NCBI GenBank assembly: GCA_039804105.1
Contig: JBDRZU010000001.1
Coordinates: 224,001-288,000, forward strand
DNA: 64,000 nt
Source: a candidate division WOR-3 bacterium
Lineage (GTDB): Bacteria > Hydrothermota > 32-111
Reading direction: 5' to 3'
Shown here: positions 1 through 9,463 of the stretch, piece by piece
Numbering within the stretch: the stretch's first letter is position 1
How the letters are laid out: every line of letters begins with the position of its first letter
Notes under the pieces: model-generated
Databases searched by the model: none
What the model was told of the DNA's origin: nothing
Seen by the model: the letters and a program-made list of their open reading frames with translations, nothing else
Position numbers and translations under genes: made by a program

Positions 1-59
1 GGATAAATAAAAACAAAGAGAAAAACAAGAATAATTATAACGATTTTTCTTTTCATCAT
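1..59 (-). CDS. 5' end of an exported/membrane protein running off the window (MMKRKIVIIILVFLFVFIY...)
   Basis: ATG at 59 preceded by AAGGAG RBS; basic then hydrophobic N-terminus; consensus promoter upstream. Confidence 0.7.
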   Translation of the reverse strand, partial: MMKRKIVIIILVFLFVFIY

Positions 60-70
60 AAACTCCTTTG

Positions 71-98
71 TTGAAAATTATATTAATATGGTTATAAT
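71..98 (+). promoter_or_regulatory. sigma70-like promoter TTGAAA-N16-TATAAT for the SGNH gene (probably leaderless)
   Basis: -35 at 71-76, -10 at 93-98, ATG at 106. Confidence 0.6.
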
Positions 99-104
99 TG
101 TCAA
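77..104 (-). promoter_or_regulatory. sigma70-like promoter TTGACA-N16-TATAAT for the leftward gene
   Basis: perfect consensus hexamers on the minus strand (104-99 and 82-77). Confidence 0.7.
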
Positions 105-105
105 C

Positions 106-1278
106 ATGAAAAAATTTGTAAGAGTTTTATTGTATATATTTCTGATTTTGCTCATAGTTGAACTTGGATTAAAAATTTTTTTGATATTTTTTGAAAAGTA
201 TTCAAGTTGGGAACAAAGATCTAATCTTTTTATGGAGGATAGTTTACTTGGATGGAGAGGGGTACCTAATAGGAAAGTGATGGTAAAGACATTTGAGAGT
301 AAATTTTTAGTTGAAACAGATTCTTTAGGTTTCAGAAACACAATCTTCCCAAAGAAGAACAAAAAGGGCAAAAAGATATTGATGTATGGAGATTCATTCT
401 TGTGGGGCTACCATTTAAACAACGATGATTTGATATCGAGTATGTTATCAAAGGAGTTGAATGTTGAGGTAAAGAATTATGGTATGGTTGGATATGGAAC
501 AGATCAGGAGTACCTTTTATTCAAAGAGACAGTTGAGGATAATTCTGTTGTTGTGTTTTTGTTTTTCAACAACGATCTTGATGAACTTTTAAGAGATAAC
601 ATAGGAACGAAAGCATCAAAGCCAAAATTTATTTTAAAAAATGATTCAATCATTCTTTTAAACTATCCTGTTGATAGAAAAATTGTTGAACAAAAAGTTG
701 TTAATGAGAACAAATTTGAAAATTTTGGATTTTTGTTTAAGATCACAAGAACTTTAAAATTATCTCTGTACAAAACAAAAATTTATAGAGTGCTTTCATC
801 TTATTTACAGTACACAAGTTTTGGGAAGTTTTTATACGAAAAGAATCTCCTAGAGCCAGATCTTTTAAATCCCGATGAGGATGTTTTCAATTATATCAAC
901 TGGCAGGAATCAATAAAAATCTATGACCACCTGATGAAAAAAATAAAAAAAGAATGTGAATTGAGAGGATGTAAACTTCTTGTTTTTGTAATACCTTCAG
1001 AATGGACATATCAGCAAGATCTTATGAAAAAACTTGAAAAATTGGAACAACTTTATGGATATAATGATAGATATGAAGAGGTGATGGATAGTGTTCTGAA
1101 TGTTTTGAGAAGAGATAAGATAGATTATATTTATCCATTGGATGAGTTTCGTAAAATTGATACGAAAGTGAAATTGACAAAAAAGTTTGATAAACATTTT
1201 TCAAAAGAAGGCGCAAAATTCGTAAAAGATCTTTTGAAAACAAAAATTGAAGAGAGTTTAAAGGTTGACATATATTAA
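106..1278 (+). CDS. Membrane-anchored SGNH/GDSL hydrolase family protein (AlgX/AlgJ-like)
   Basis: N-terminal TM helix, GFRN, MYGDSF, GYGTDQ, NDL and D-x-H (DKH) motifs; start moved to MKKF at 106. Confidence 0.75.
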   Translation: MKKFVRVLLYIFLILLIVELGLKIFLIFFEKYSSWEQRSNLFMEDSLLGWRGVPNRKVMVKTFESKFLVETDSLGFRNTIFPKKNKKGKKILMYGDSFLWGYHLNNDDLISSMLSKELNVEVKNYGMVGYGTDQEYLLFKETVEDNSVVVFLFFNNDLDELLRDNIGTKASKPKFILKNDSIILLNYPVDRKIVEQKVVNENKFENFGFLFKITRTLKLSLYKTKIYRVLSSYLQYTSFGKFLYEKNLLEPDLLNPDEDVFNYINWQESIKIYDHLMKKIKKECELRGCKLLVFVIPSEWTYQQDLMKKLEKLEQLYGYNDRYEEVMDSVLNVLRRDKIDYIYPLDEFRKIDTKVKLTKKFDKHFSKEGAKFVKDLLKTKIEESLKVDIY

Positions 1279-1293
1279 GGTTAATGATATTAT
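1265..1293 (+). promoter_or_regulatory. sigma70-like promoter TTGACA-N17-TATTAT with extended -10 TG, buk-por operon
   Basis: -35 at 1265-1270, TG at 1285, -10 at 1288-1293. Confidence 0.6.
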
Positions 1294-1321
1294 AAAAATT
1301 TAAAAATAAAAAAGGAGTTAT

Positions 1322-2389
1322 ATGTATAAAATTTTAACGATCAATCCCGGTTCAACTTCTACAAAGATAGCGGTCTATGAGGATGACAAAGAAATTTTCA
1401 AAAAAACTATATCTCACCCTGAAAGTGAGATTTCAAAATACAAACACATAGTTGATCAGTATGAATTCAGAAGAGCAGCAATCGAGGATACATTAAAAGA
1501 GAACGGTTTTAACATAAAAGATTTTGATTGTTTTGTTGGAAGGGGAGGACTTGTAAAACCGATTCCTTCTGGAACCTACAAGGTAAATGAAAAAATGATA
1601 GAGGATTTGAAACATTCTCCCCTTGGAGAACATGCTTCAAATCTTGGTGGTATGATTGCATATGAGTTTGAAAAAGAGACTGGAAAACCCTCATACATAG
1701 TTGATCCTGTTGTTGTTGATGAGATGGATGATATTGCAAGGATAACTGGGTTCCCTGAGATCGAAAGGGTTTCAATCTTTCATGCTTTAAATCAAAAAGC
1801 GACAGCAAGAAGAGCAGCAAAAGATCTTGGAAAAAAGTATGAAGAAATAAATCTTATAGTCGTTCATCTTGGTGGTGGAATATCTATTGGTGCTCATAGA
1901 AATGGAAAGGTAATTGATGTGAACAATGCGCTCAACGGTGATGGTCCTTTTGCCCCAGAAAGGGCAGGTTCTGTTCCAGCATGGGGTCTGTATAAATTTA
2001 TTACTGAAACAAAAATAGAGGAAAAGGATTTCAAAAAACGTTTAGCTGGAAAAGCGGGTATAGTGGCACACCTTGGAACAAATGATATGAGAAAGGTTGA
2101 AGATGAAGTAAAAGCTGGAAACAAAGAGTATGAAAGAATCTATAAAGCGATGGCATACAATATAGGGAAATGGGTTGGAATGATGGCTGCAGTTTTACAT
2201 GGAAAGGTTGATGCGATAGCGATAACAGGTGGACTTGCCTATGACAAAATGTTTGTTGGGTGGATTGAAGATATGATATCATTTATCGCTACAATAAAGG
2301 TGTATCCGGGTGAAAACGAAATGCAGGCACTTGCTCTTGGTGGACTTAGAGTTTTAACGAAAGAGGAAAGTGCTAAAGAGTATAAATAA
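1322..2389 (+). CDS. buk: Butyrate (branched-chain carboxylate) kinase
   Basis: INPGSTSTK, GRGG, HASNLG, IFHALNQK, HLGGGIS, GPFAPER motifs; RBS AAGGAG. Confidence 0.95.
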   Translation: MYKILTINPGSTSTKIAVYEDDKEIFKKTISHPESEISKYKHIVDQYEFRRAAIEDTLKENGFNIKDFDCFVGRGGLVKPIPSGTYKVNEKMIEDLKHSPLGEHASNLGGMIAYEFEKETGKPSYIVDPVVVDEMDDIARITGFPEIERVSIFHALNQKATARRAAKDLGKKYEEINLIVVHLGGGISIGAHRNGKVIDVNNALNGDGPFAPERAGSVPAWGLYKFITETKIEEKDFKKRLAGKAGIVAHLGTNDMRKVEDEVKAGNKEYERIYKAMAYNIGKWVGMMAAVLHGKVDAIAITGGLAYDKMFVGWIEDMISFIATIKVYPGENEMQALALGGLRVLTKEESAKEYK

Positions 2390-2408
2390 AAGTTTAATAG
2401 GAGGAATA

Positions 2409-2960
2409 ATGCTTGAGATAAGAATTCATGGAAGGGGTGGACAGGGTGGTGTGATAGCATCTAAAATCCTTGCATATGCTTTTGCTATGGAAGGAAAATT
2501 TGTGCAGGCATTTCCTGAATTTGGAGTTGAAAGAAGAGGAGCCCCTGTAACTGCCTTTATAAGAGTTGCTGATCAAAGGATAAATATCCGTTCAAAAATT
2601 TATGAACCACAGCATCTTATAGTTCTTGAACCAACTCTGTTAAACGCTATAGATATCACGGAAGGTTTGAAAGAGGGTGGTTTTATCGTTATAAATACCA
2701 AGAAAAAACCCACCGAATTGAATATCAAAGCGAAAAATAGTAAAATTGCAACTGTTGACGCAACAGGTATTGCTTTAAAACATAGATTGGGTTCATCTGC
2801 AGCACCCATAGTAAATACAGCGATTTTGGGTGGTTTTGCAAAAGCAACAGGTTTTGTGAAAATAGAATCGATAGTTGATGCTATAAAAAAAGAGGTTCCA
2901 ATTAAACCGGATGAGAATGCTCAGGCAGCTATAGATGCATACAATTCTACAATAATGTAA
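2409..2960 (+). CDS. porG: 2-oxoacid:ferredoxin oxidoreductase gamma subunit
   Basis: EIRIHGRGGQG, FGVERRGAPV; AGGAGG RBS places start at 2409. Confidence 0.9.
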   Translation: MLEIRIHGRGGQGGVIASKILAYAFAMEGKFVQAFPEFGVERRGAPVTAFIRVADQRINIRSKIYEPQHLIVLEPTLLNAIDITEGLKEGGFIVINTKKKPTELNIKAKNSKIATVDATGIALKHRLGSSAAPIVNTAILGGFAKATGFVKIESIVDAIKKEVPIKPDENAQAAIDAYNSTIM

Positions 2961-2972
2961 TAAGGAGAATTT

Positions 2973-3269
2973 ATGAAAAGAGTTGGAAAAAAAATAATAT
3001 TTGAAAAAGAGAGTGATCTCCCTCCAAATGCTATGTCTCTCGGAACAACAGAGTTCAATGAAACTGGATCATGGAGAAACGAAAGACCGGTTGTTGACAA
3101 AGCAAAATGTATTGCTTGCGGTATCTGCTGGAAATATTGCCCTGATATGTCGATAAAAGAGGATTCTGAAGGGAAGGCAGATATTGATTATGTTTTTTGT
3201 AAAGGTTGCGGGATATGTGCAGCAGAATGCCCGGTAAAAGCAATAACAATGATTGAGGAGGAAAAATGA
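2973..3269 (+). CDS. porD: 2-oxoacid:ferredoxin oxidoreductase delta subunit (2x[4Fe-4S])
   Basis: TGSWR, two CxxCxxCxxxCP motifs including CKGCGICAAECP. Confidence 0.9.
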   Translation: MKRVGKKIIFEKESDLPPNAMSLGTTEFNETGSWRNERPVVDKAKCIACGICWKYCPDMSIKEDSEGKADIDYVFCKGCGICAAECPVKAITMIEEEK

Positions 3270-4426
3270 GTGAACAAAAAGTTATAATGGGTAATCATGC
3301 CCTTTCTTATGGGGCCGTAACATCGAGAGTTCAGGTTATTGCAGCATATCCAATAACTCCTCAAACTCAGGTTGTTGAACTGCTTTCTGAAATGTGTGCT
3401 GATGGGACTCTTGATGCTGAATTTATAAAAGTTGAATCTGAACATTCAGCAATGGCTGCCTGTATAGGGGCATCTGCAGCGGGAGCAAGAGCATTCACAG
3501 CAACGAGTGCACAGGGGCTTGCTTTGATGCATGAGATGCTTCATTGGGCTGTTGGTGCACGACTTCCAATAGTCATGGGAAACATCAACAGATCTATGGC
3601 ACCACCATGGACGATCTGGTCAGAACAGACAGATTCTTTATCACAAAGAGATACTGGCTGGCTCCAGATCTATGCTTCAAGTAACCAGGAAGTTTACGAT
3701 TCAGTTTTAATTGCATATAAAGTTGCTGAAAATGAAAAAGTTTCTTTGCCTGTGATGATAGTTCTTGATGCATTCTTTTTATCACATACTTCTGAAAATG
3801 TAACTCTTATTGATCAAAAAGATGCTGATAGATATCTGAAACCATACAATCCCAAATATAAACTCAACATAAAGGATCCACACACTTTTGGTGGATTAAC
3901 AACTCCTGACTGGTATATGGAACTTAGATATAAAATCCAAAAGGCGATGGAAGATTCTATTGAAGTTATCAAAGATGCACAGAAAGAATTTAAAGAGATG
4001 TTTGGAAGAGAGTATGGACTTGTTGAAACATACAAATGTGAAGATGCTGATACAATACTTGTTGCAGTGGCAACAGCAGCATCAACAGCAAAACAGGTTA
4101 TAGATGAACTCAGAGAAAAGGGAGAAAAGGTAGGACTTTTGAGAATAAGATTTTTCAGACCTTTCCCTTATGAAGATGTTAAAAAGTATCTTAAGAATGC
4201 CAAAAAAACGATTGTTCTTGATAGAAACCTTTCACCTGGTGCTGGTGGAATAGTTTTTCAAGAAGTTAAATCGGCACTTTATAATGAACCTGTTAAACCA
4301 AAAATTTATGGATATATAGCTGGTCTTGGCGGAAGAGATATTACTGTTGATACAATACATAAACTTTTTGAAGATGCCAAGAAAAGTGAACCTGCTGATA
4401 TCAAGTGGATGGAGGTGAAATTATGA
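3266..4426 (+). CDS. porA: 2-oxoacid:ferredoxin oxidoreductase alpha subunit
   Basis: AYPITPQT, VESEHSA, TATSAQGL, GLGGRD. Confidence 0.92.
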   Translation: MSEQKVIMGNHALSYGAVTSRVQVIAAYPITPQTQVVELLSEMCADGTLDAEFIKVESEHSAMAACIGASAAGARAFTATSAQGLALMHEMLHWAVGARLPIVMGNINRSMAPPWTIWSEQTDSLSQRDTGWLQIYASSNQEVYDSVLIAYKVAENEKVSLPVMIVLDAFFLSHTSENVTLIDQKDADRYLKPYNPKYKLNIKDPHTFGGLTTPDWYMELRYKIQKAMEDSIEVIKDAQKEFKEMFGREYGLVETYKCEDADTILVAVATAASTAKQVIDELREKGEKVGLLRIRFFRPFPYEDVKKYLKNAKKTIVLDRNLSPGAGGIVFQEVKSALYNEPVKPKIYGYIAGLGGRDITVDTIHKLFEDAKKSEPADIKWMEVKL

Positions 4427-5307
4427 AATATTCAATACCACAAAAAGAACTTTTAAATCCAGGGCATCTTGCATGTCAGGGATGTGGTGGTGCTTTGGCT
4501 TTAAGATTGGTTTTGAAAACACTTGGTGAAAACACGATTCTGACATTCCCTGCTTGTTGCTGGTCTGTGATAGATGGGCCATTTCCATATTCTTCAGTAA
4601 AGGTGCCTCTTTTCCACACAGCGTTTGAGACAGCAGCAATTACAGCTGCTGGAATAAAGGCAGGTGTAAAGAAAGTTGAAAAAGAGTATGTAAACGCAGT
4701 AGCATGGGCTGGTGATGGAGGAACATACGATATAGGAATCCAGGCATTATCAGGTGCTGCAGAAAGAAATGATGATATATTCTACTTTGTTTATGACAAT
4801 GAGGCGTATATGAACACCGGTGTTCAAAGATCCTCTGCAACCCCAAAAGGTGCATGGACAACAACAACTCCAACAACCTTTCCAAAAGCTGAAAACAAAA
4901 AAGATCTTGATGCAATTGTTGCTGCACACAATGTTCCATACCAAGCAACAGCATGTGTTTCATATCCTGAGGACTTAACTAAAAAACTTGAAAAAGCGGT
5001 TAAAATTAGAGGTTTTAAATTTTTCCATATACTTGCACCTTGTCCTCCTGGATGGAAAACAAATCCTGAAGATACTATAAAATTGGGCAGAATGGCTGTT
5101 GAAAGTGGAATTTTTCCACTCTATGAAATTGAAAACGGAGAAAAATATACTATAAATATGCCTTCTCCTAAAAAAGAACTAAAACCTGTGAACGAATATT
5201 TACTTAAACAGGGAAGGTTCAGACATCTAAAAGAAGATGATATCAAAGAGATACAGGAAAATGTAAATAGAAGATGGGAAAAACTGAAAAGATTAGCAGG
5301 AGTATAA
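4423..5307 (+). CDS. porB: 2-oxoacid:ferredoxin oxidoreductase beta (TPP-binding) subunit
   Basis: GHLACQGCG, GDGG..DIG, DNEAYMNTG; GGAGG RBS before ATG 4423. Confidence 0.92.
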   Translation: MKYSIPQKELLNPGHLACQGCGGALALRLVLKTLGENTILTFPACCWSVIDGPFPYSSVKVPLFHTAFETAAITAAGIKAGVKKVEKEYVNAVAWAGDGGTYDIGIQALSGAAERNDDIFYFVYDNEAYMNTGVQRSSATPKGAWTTTTPTTFPKAENKKDLDAIVAAHNVPYQATACVSYPEDLTKKLEKAVKIRGFKFFHILAPCPPGWKTNPEDTIKLGRMAVESGIFPLYEIENGEKYTINMPSPKKELKPVNEYLLKQGRFRHLKEDDIKEIQENVNRRWEKLKRLAGV

Positions 5308-5319
5308 TAATTTAAAATT

Positions 5320-5343
5320 AAGGGGGGTTTATAACCCCCTTTT
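5320..5343 (+). terminator. Intrinsic terminator after buk-por operon
   Basis: AAGGGGGGTT-TAT-AACCCCCTTTT hairpin. Confidence 0.75.
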
Positions 5344-5352
5344 ATCAAAATT

Positions 5353-6411
5353 ATGAAAGTTGGAATTTTAGGTTTATCAAAGTCAGGTAAAACAACAGTT
5401 TTTGAGGCTTTAACTGGTTTAAATTTAAGTTCTAATTTAAAAGATAAATTTCATATTTCTTCAGTAAAAGTTCCTGATAGAAGAATAGATTTCCTATCAA
5501 AAGTTTTTAATCCGAAAAAGACCACATATCCAACTATAGATTTTTTAGATTACAACAGGTTAGGAGAGAAGGAAGAAAAGTTCATCGATCAGGAATATTT
5601 TGGAAAACTAAAAGAATGTGATGGAATTTTAAAAGTAATTAGAAATTTTGAAAATGATATTTTCCCTCCCCATTTTGGAACTCTTGATCCCAAGAAGGAA
5701 CTTGTTGAACTTGATGATCATATAATATTGACAGATCTTGAAATCGTTGAAAAAAGGTTTGAAAAATTGAAAAACGCAAAATACAAACTTTCTACAAACG
5801 AAGTTTCAGAATTGAACTCTCTTGAAAAATTTAAAAACATTCTTTCTGAAGGGAAACCATTAAACAGATATGATTTTTCCCCTGACGAAGAAAAGTTGAT
5901 AAAAAACTATTCCTTGATATCTGCAAAAAAGGAGATTATTTTAATAAATGTTTCTTCAATGGATGAAAAAATAAATGGAGAACTTATAGAATATCTCGAA
6001 AAAGAAAAAAGAGATTATTTTATAGTTTCTGCCTTAAATGAAAAAGAATTAAACGAGTTTGATGAGAACACAAAAAAAGAGTTTGCATCGGAAATGAAGA
6101 TAAAAGAGTTTGCTATCGAAAAAGTCATATCTAAATTCTATAAAATTTTGAATCTCATTACTTTTCTTACTGTCGGAGAGGATGAGGTAAGGGGTTGGAC
6201 TATAAAGGATAAAACAAATGCTGTGAAAGCAGCGGGAAAGATTCATACAGATTTTGAAAAAGGTTTTATAAAAGCACAGGTTGTATCTTTTGATGATTTT
6301 CAAAAATATGGAAGTTTAAAAGAATGTGCAAAAAATGGTGTCCTGCGACTTGAAGGCAAAGATTACATCGTTAAAGATGGGGATATAATCGAATTCAAGT
6401 TCAATCTTTAA
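5353..6411 (+). CDS. ychF: YchF/Obg-family ATPase
   Basis: GLSKSGKTT P-loop, VKVPDRR, AAGKIHTDFEKGFIKA, GKDYIVKDGDII TGS domain. Confidence 0.88.
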   Translation: MKVGILGLSKSGKTTVFEALTGLNLSSNLKDKFHISSVKVPDRRIDFLSKVFNPKKTTYPTIDFLDYNRLGEKEEKFIDQEYFGKLKECDGILKVIRNFENDIFPPHFGTLDPKKELVELDDHIILTDLEIVEKRFEKLKNAKYKLSTNEVSELNSLEKFKNILSEGKPLNRYDFSPDEEKLIKNYSLISAKKEIILINVSSMDEKINGELIEYLEKEKRDYFIVSALNEKELNEFDENTKKEFASEMKIKEFAIEKVISKFYKILNLITFLTVGEDEVRGWTIKDKTNAVKAAGKIHTDFEKGFIKAQVVSFDDFQKYGSLKECAKNGVLRLEGKDYIVKDGDIIEFKFNL

Positions 6412-6416
6412 ATAAA

Positions 6417-7181
6417 ATGTCCTGTTTAGGTTTTATAATTCTTTTTATAATAATTTCTTTTATTTTTGGTCCCGCTGGATCGATCATTTTTGTAATAATT
6501 TTTACAATTTTATCTCTTTTAAACGGTCTTGATAACCTTAGTATTAGAAACAAAAACACAAATCAGAACTCCTTCTATGATCCCTTCATAGATATTTTGA
6601 GTATATTTTCTTACATATCTTTACTTGATGGGGTTGTTTCAAAAGATGAAGTTGATTATGTTAAAAGTTTTCTTTTGTCACTCTATCCGGACGATTTACA
6701 AAGGGTTCAAAATCTGATGAATGTTTACAAAAATTTTAATGAAAATCCAAAAACATTAAACATCGAGATATCGATTGAAAATATAAATGGGTCTGCAAGA
6801 TATGAAGAAAAATTATCAATTTTTTCATTGATCGTCGAACTCTCTTTGAAAAGTAAAAGAAGTGATACCATAAGGAGTACCCTTTTTCAAATCGGCAGCA
6901 AACTGAAACTAAACACCTATGACATCAACTCGATTCTCAATTATTACGATAGTCATTTTAAAAAAGGTATCGATCAAAGAAAAAGGTGGTATTCGATCCT
7001 TGGTGTTTCAGAGGACTCTTCCGATGAAGAGGTGAAGAGAGCATACAGGGAACTAGTCAAAAAAACACATCCCGATAAATTAAGAAATATGCCTGAGAAT
7101 GTGATAAAAAATGCTGAAAATAGATTTAAAGAAATAAACGAAGCTTACAACAATATTAAAATTGAGAGGGGACTCTCCTGA
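6417..7181 (+). CDS. DjlA-like co-chaperone (TM + TerB-like + C-terminal J domain)
   Basis: N-terminal TM; DGVVSKDE TerB-like motif; C-terminal J domain with HPD. Confidence 0.8.
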   Translation: MSCLGFIILFIIISFIFGPAGSIIFVIIFTILSLLNGLDNLSIRNKNTNQNSFYDPFIDILSIFSYISLLDGVVSKDEVDYVKSFLLSLYPDDLQRVQNLMNVYKNFNENPKTLNIEISIENINGSARYEEKLSIFSLIVELSLKSKRSDTIRSTLFQIGSKLKLNTYDINSILNYYDSHFKKGIDQRKRWYSILGVSEDSSDEEVKRAYRELVKKTHPDKLRNMPENVIKNAENRFKEINEAYNNIKIERGLS

Positions 7182-7196
7182 TGGGTCAAGATTATA

Positions 7197-7224
7197 TTGA
7201 CTTTTGTCTTATTTAAAATAAAAT
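7197..7224 (+). promoter_or_regulatory. sigma70-like promoter TTGACT-N16-TAAAAT (probably leaderless)
   Basis: -10 ends 6 nt before ATG 7231; no SD. Confidence 0.6.
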
Positions 7225-7230
7225 AATATT

Positions 7231-7725
7231 ATGGAAAAAATTGAAATTTTTAGTAGATTGAAAAAAGCACTTTTAAATGAAAACAGAAAAGAGATTTTTG
7301 AAATTTATCTGTATACGATAAAGAGTGGATTCTCTGATAAAGAGATAGTCATAAAATTGATGGAATATATGTATAAAAGTAATGATAGCGAAAAGTATAT
7401 AAATCTTTTGAGATTATATGGTTCAAATACAAATTCCGATGCAGATATTGCATATTTTGTTGGATTCTATTTTTTGATGAAAAAATCATATTTCCATGCA
7501 CTCTGTTCATTTAAACTTGTAGATAAATACAGTATTTACTACACATTTGCACAAAAAAATATCCAGATGATCGAAAGTAACGAACTCAAACTTCTCACAA
7601 TAATCAAAAATGAATCGGATGGAAGAAATGAAAGATTAAAAAATATTGAAGAAAATGTTTATAAAACTGTTAACAGAATGATAAACTATGCGAAATCAAA
7701 CAAAGATGGATTTAAGGATTTTTGA
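7231..7725 (+). CDS. Hypothetical helical (TPR-like) protein
   Basis: 164-aa ORF heading a tightly overlapping operon; no diagnostic motif. Confidence 0.6.
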   Translation: MEKIEIFSRLKKALLNENRKEIFEIYLYTIKSGFSDKEIVIKLMEYMYKSNDSEKYINLLRLYGSNTNSDADIAYFVGFYFLMKKSYFHALCSFKLVDKYSIYYTFAQKNIQMIESNELKLLTIIKNESDGRNERLKNIEENVYKTVNRMINYAKSNKDGFKDF

Positions 7726-8456
7726 TGATAAAAGTTGTTTCTTTTGATCTTTGGAATACGATACTTTCAGGGAAGGATTCAAAAAATTTCAAAGAATACA
7801 GATTCACAAAACTCGAAAAAATATTTTCAAAATATGGATATGAACTAAAAAAGGATGACTATTATTTTGCTATAGATAAAACATGGGACGTTTTTTTCAA
7901 CGGTGAATGGCTTGAAAAAAAATATACTCCAACGACGAGTTCATCTGTTAGAACTTTTCTTTCATACCTTTCGATTGACAACTATCCTGAGGAATTTTTT
8001 GTTGAACTCGTTAACTTTATGGAAAGGTCATTTCTCGATTCAGAGGTATTATTTATAGAGAATATGGATTTACTCATAAAAAGGTTATCCCCTGAGTTTA
8101 AATTAACACTTATTTCTGATACAGGTTTTACGCCTGGTAAATATTTGAGAGAAGTTTTAAAAAAAGTTGGTATATATCAGGATTTTTCACTTTTCATATT
8201 TTCTGATGAAATTGGAGTTTCTAAACCTGACAGAAGGATTTTTGAATTTGTGATAAAATATTTTGACTGTAAACCTGAAGAGGTTGTCCATATAGGTGAT
8301 ATACCAGCAACGGATATAAAAGGGGCACTTGATGCTGGAATGAAGGTTGTACATTTTAACAGAGAGACATACCTTTTTAAAGATATAGAAAAGTTTAAGC
8401 CAGATCTTGTTACAGATGATCCTCTTGAGATTGAAAAATTCATCAGAAATTCATAG
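7725..8456 (+). CDS. HAD-superfamily hydrolase
   Basis: FDLWNT motif I, SKPDRRIF, HIGD...DIKGA. Confidence 0.88.
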   Translation: MIKVVSFDLWNTILSGKDSKNFKEYRFTKLEKIFSKYGYELKKDDYYFAIDKTWDVFFNGEWLEKKYTPTTSSSVRTFLSYLSIDNYPEEFFVELVNFMERSFLDSEVLFIENMDLLIKRLSPEFKLTLISDTGFTPGKYLREVLKKVGIYQDFSLFIFSDEIGVSKPDRRIFEFVIKYFDCKPEEVVHIGDIPATDIKGALDAGMKVVHFNRETYLFKDIEKFKPDLVTDDPLEIEKFIRNS

Positions 8457-8464
8457 GAGGAAAT

Positions 8465-9463
8465 ATGAACGGAAATTTACAGTTGCAACATTTTATTCTT
8501 AATGAACAAAAAAAATTCCCTTACGCTAAAGGTGATTTTACACTTCTTTTACTCGATATAGCTCTTGCTGGGAAAATCATTTCAAGAGAGGTTAACAAGG
8601 CGGGTCTTGTTGAAATTTTAGGATTGACAGGGAAAGATAATATTCAAGGTGAACAGGTTCAAAAACTTGATGAATTCTCTAATTCAACGCTTGTTAATAT
8701 TCTTTCAAGAAATGATACGGTTGGTGGATGTGCTTCAGAAGAGATGGCAGATCCTGTATTTTTCCATAACCATTCGAATGCTAAATACTGTGTAATATTC
8801 GATCCTCTTGATGGCTCCTCAAACATCGATGTAAATGTTAGCATTGGAACAATATTTTCAATCTATAAACTTTTAAATGAGGGAGAATGTACTGAAAACG
8901 ATTTTTTAAGAAAGGGGAGTGAGCAACTGGCAGCAGGATATATAATCTATGGTTCCTCAACAATGCTTGTTTTCACAACTGGTGAAGGTGTTCATGGTTT
9001 CACTCTTGATCCATCACTTGGGGAATTTTTGTTGTCCCATCCAAACATGAAATTCCCAGAACCATCAAAAAGATATTATTCCGTTAATGAGGGTAATTAC
9101 AAATACTGGGATGATAGAGTAAAAAAATATGTTGATTATTTGAAAAACAACGAAAAACCATTTACCTTAAGATATATCGGTTCACTCGTTTCCGATTTTC
9201 ATAGGAATCTGATATATGGTGGAATTTTCCTTTATCCTCTCGATTATAAAAACAAAGAAAAACCTAAAGGAAAATTAAGATTGATGTATGAAGCAAATCC
9301 GCTCGCTTTGATAACGAAAAATGCTGGTGGTCTTGCAACAGACGGTAAAAACGAGATACTTGAAATAAAACCTGAAGAACTCCATCAAAGAGTTCCACTT
9401 TACATCGGAACGAAATTCTTTGTAGAAGAAGCGATGAGTTTTATCAACTCGGAGGAAAAATGA
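8465..9463 (+). CDS. fbp: Class I fructose-1,6-bisphosphatase
   Basis: ASEE, FDPLDGSSNID, RYIGSLVSDFHR, GKLRLMYEANP. Confidence 0.95.
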   Translation: MNGNLQLQHFILNEQKKFPYAKGDFTLLLLDIALAGKIISREVNKAGLVEILGLTGKDNIQGEQVQKLDEFSNSTLVNILSRNDTVGGCASEEMADPVFFHNHSNAKYCVIFDPLDGSSNIDVNVSIGTIFSIYKLLNEGECTENDFLRKGSEQLAAGYIIYGSSTMLVFTTGEGVHGFTLDPSLGEFLLSHPNMKFPEPSKRYYSVNEGNYKYWDDRVKKYVDYLKNNEKPFTLRYIGSLVSDFHRNLIYGGIFLYPLDYKNKEKPKGKLRLMYEANPLALITKNAGGLATDGKNEILEIKPEELHQRVPLYIGTKFFVEEAMSFINSEEK

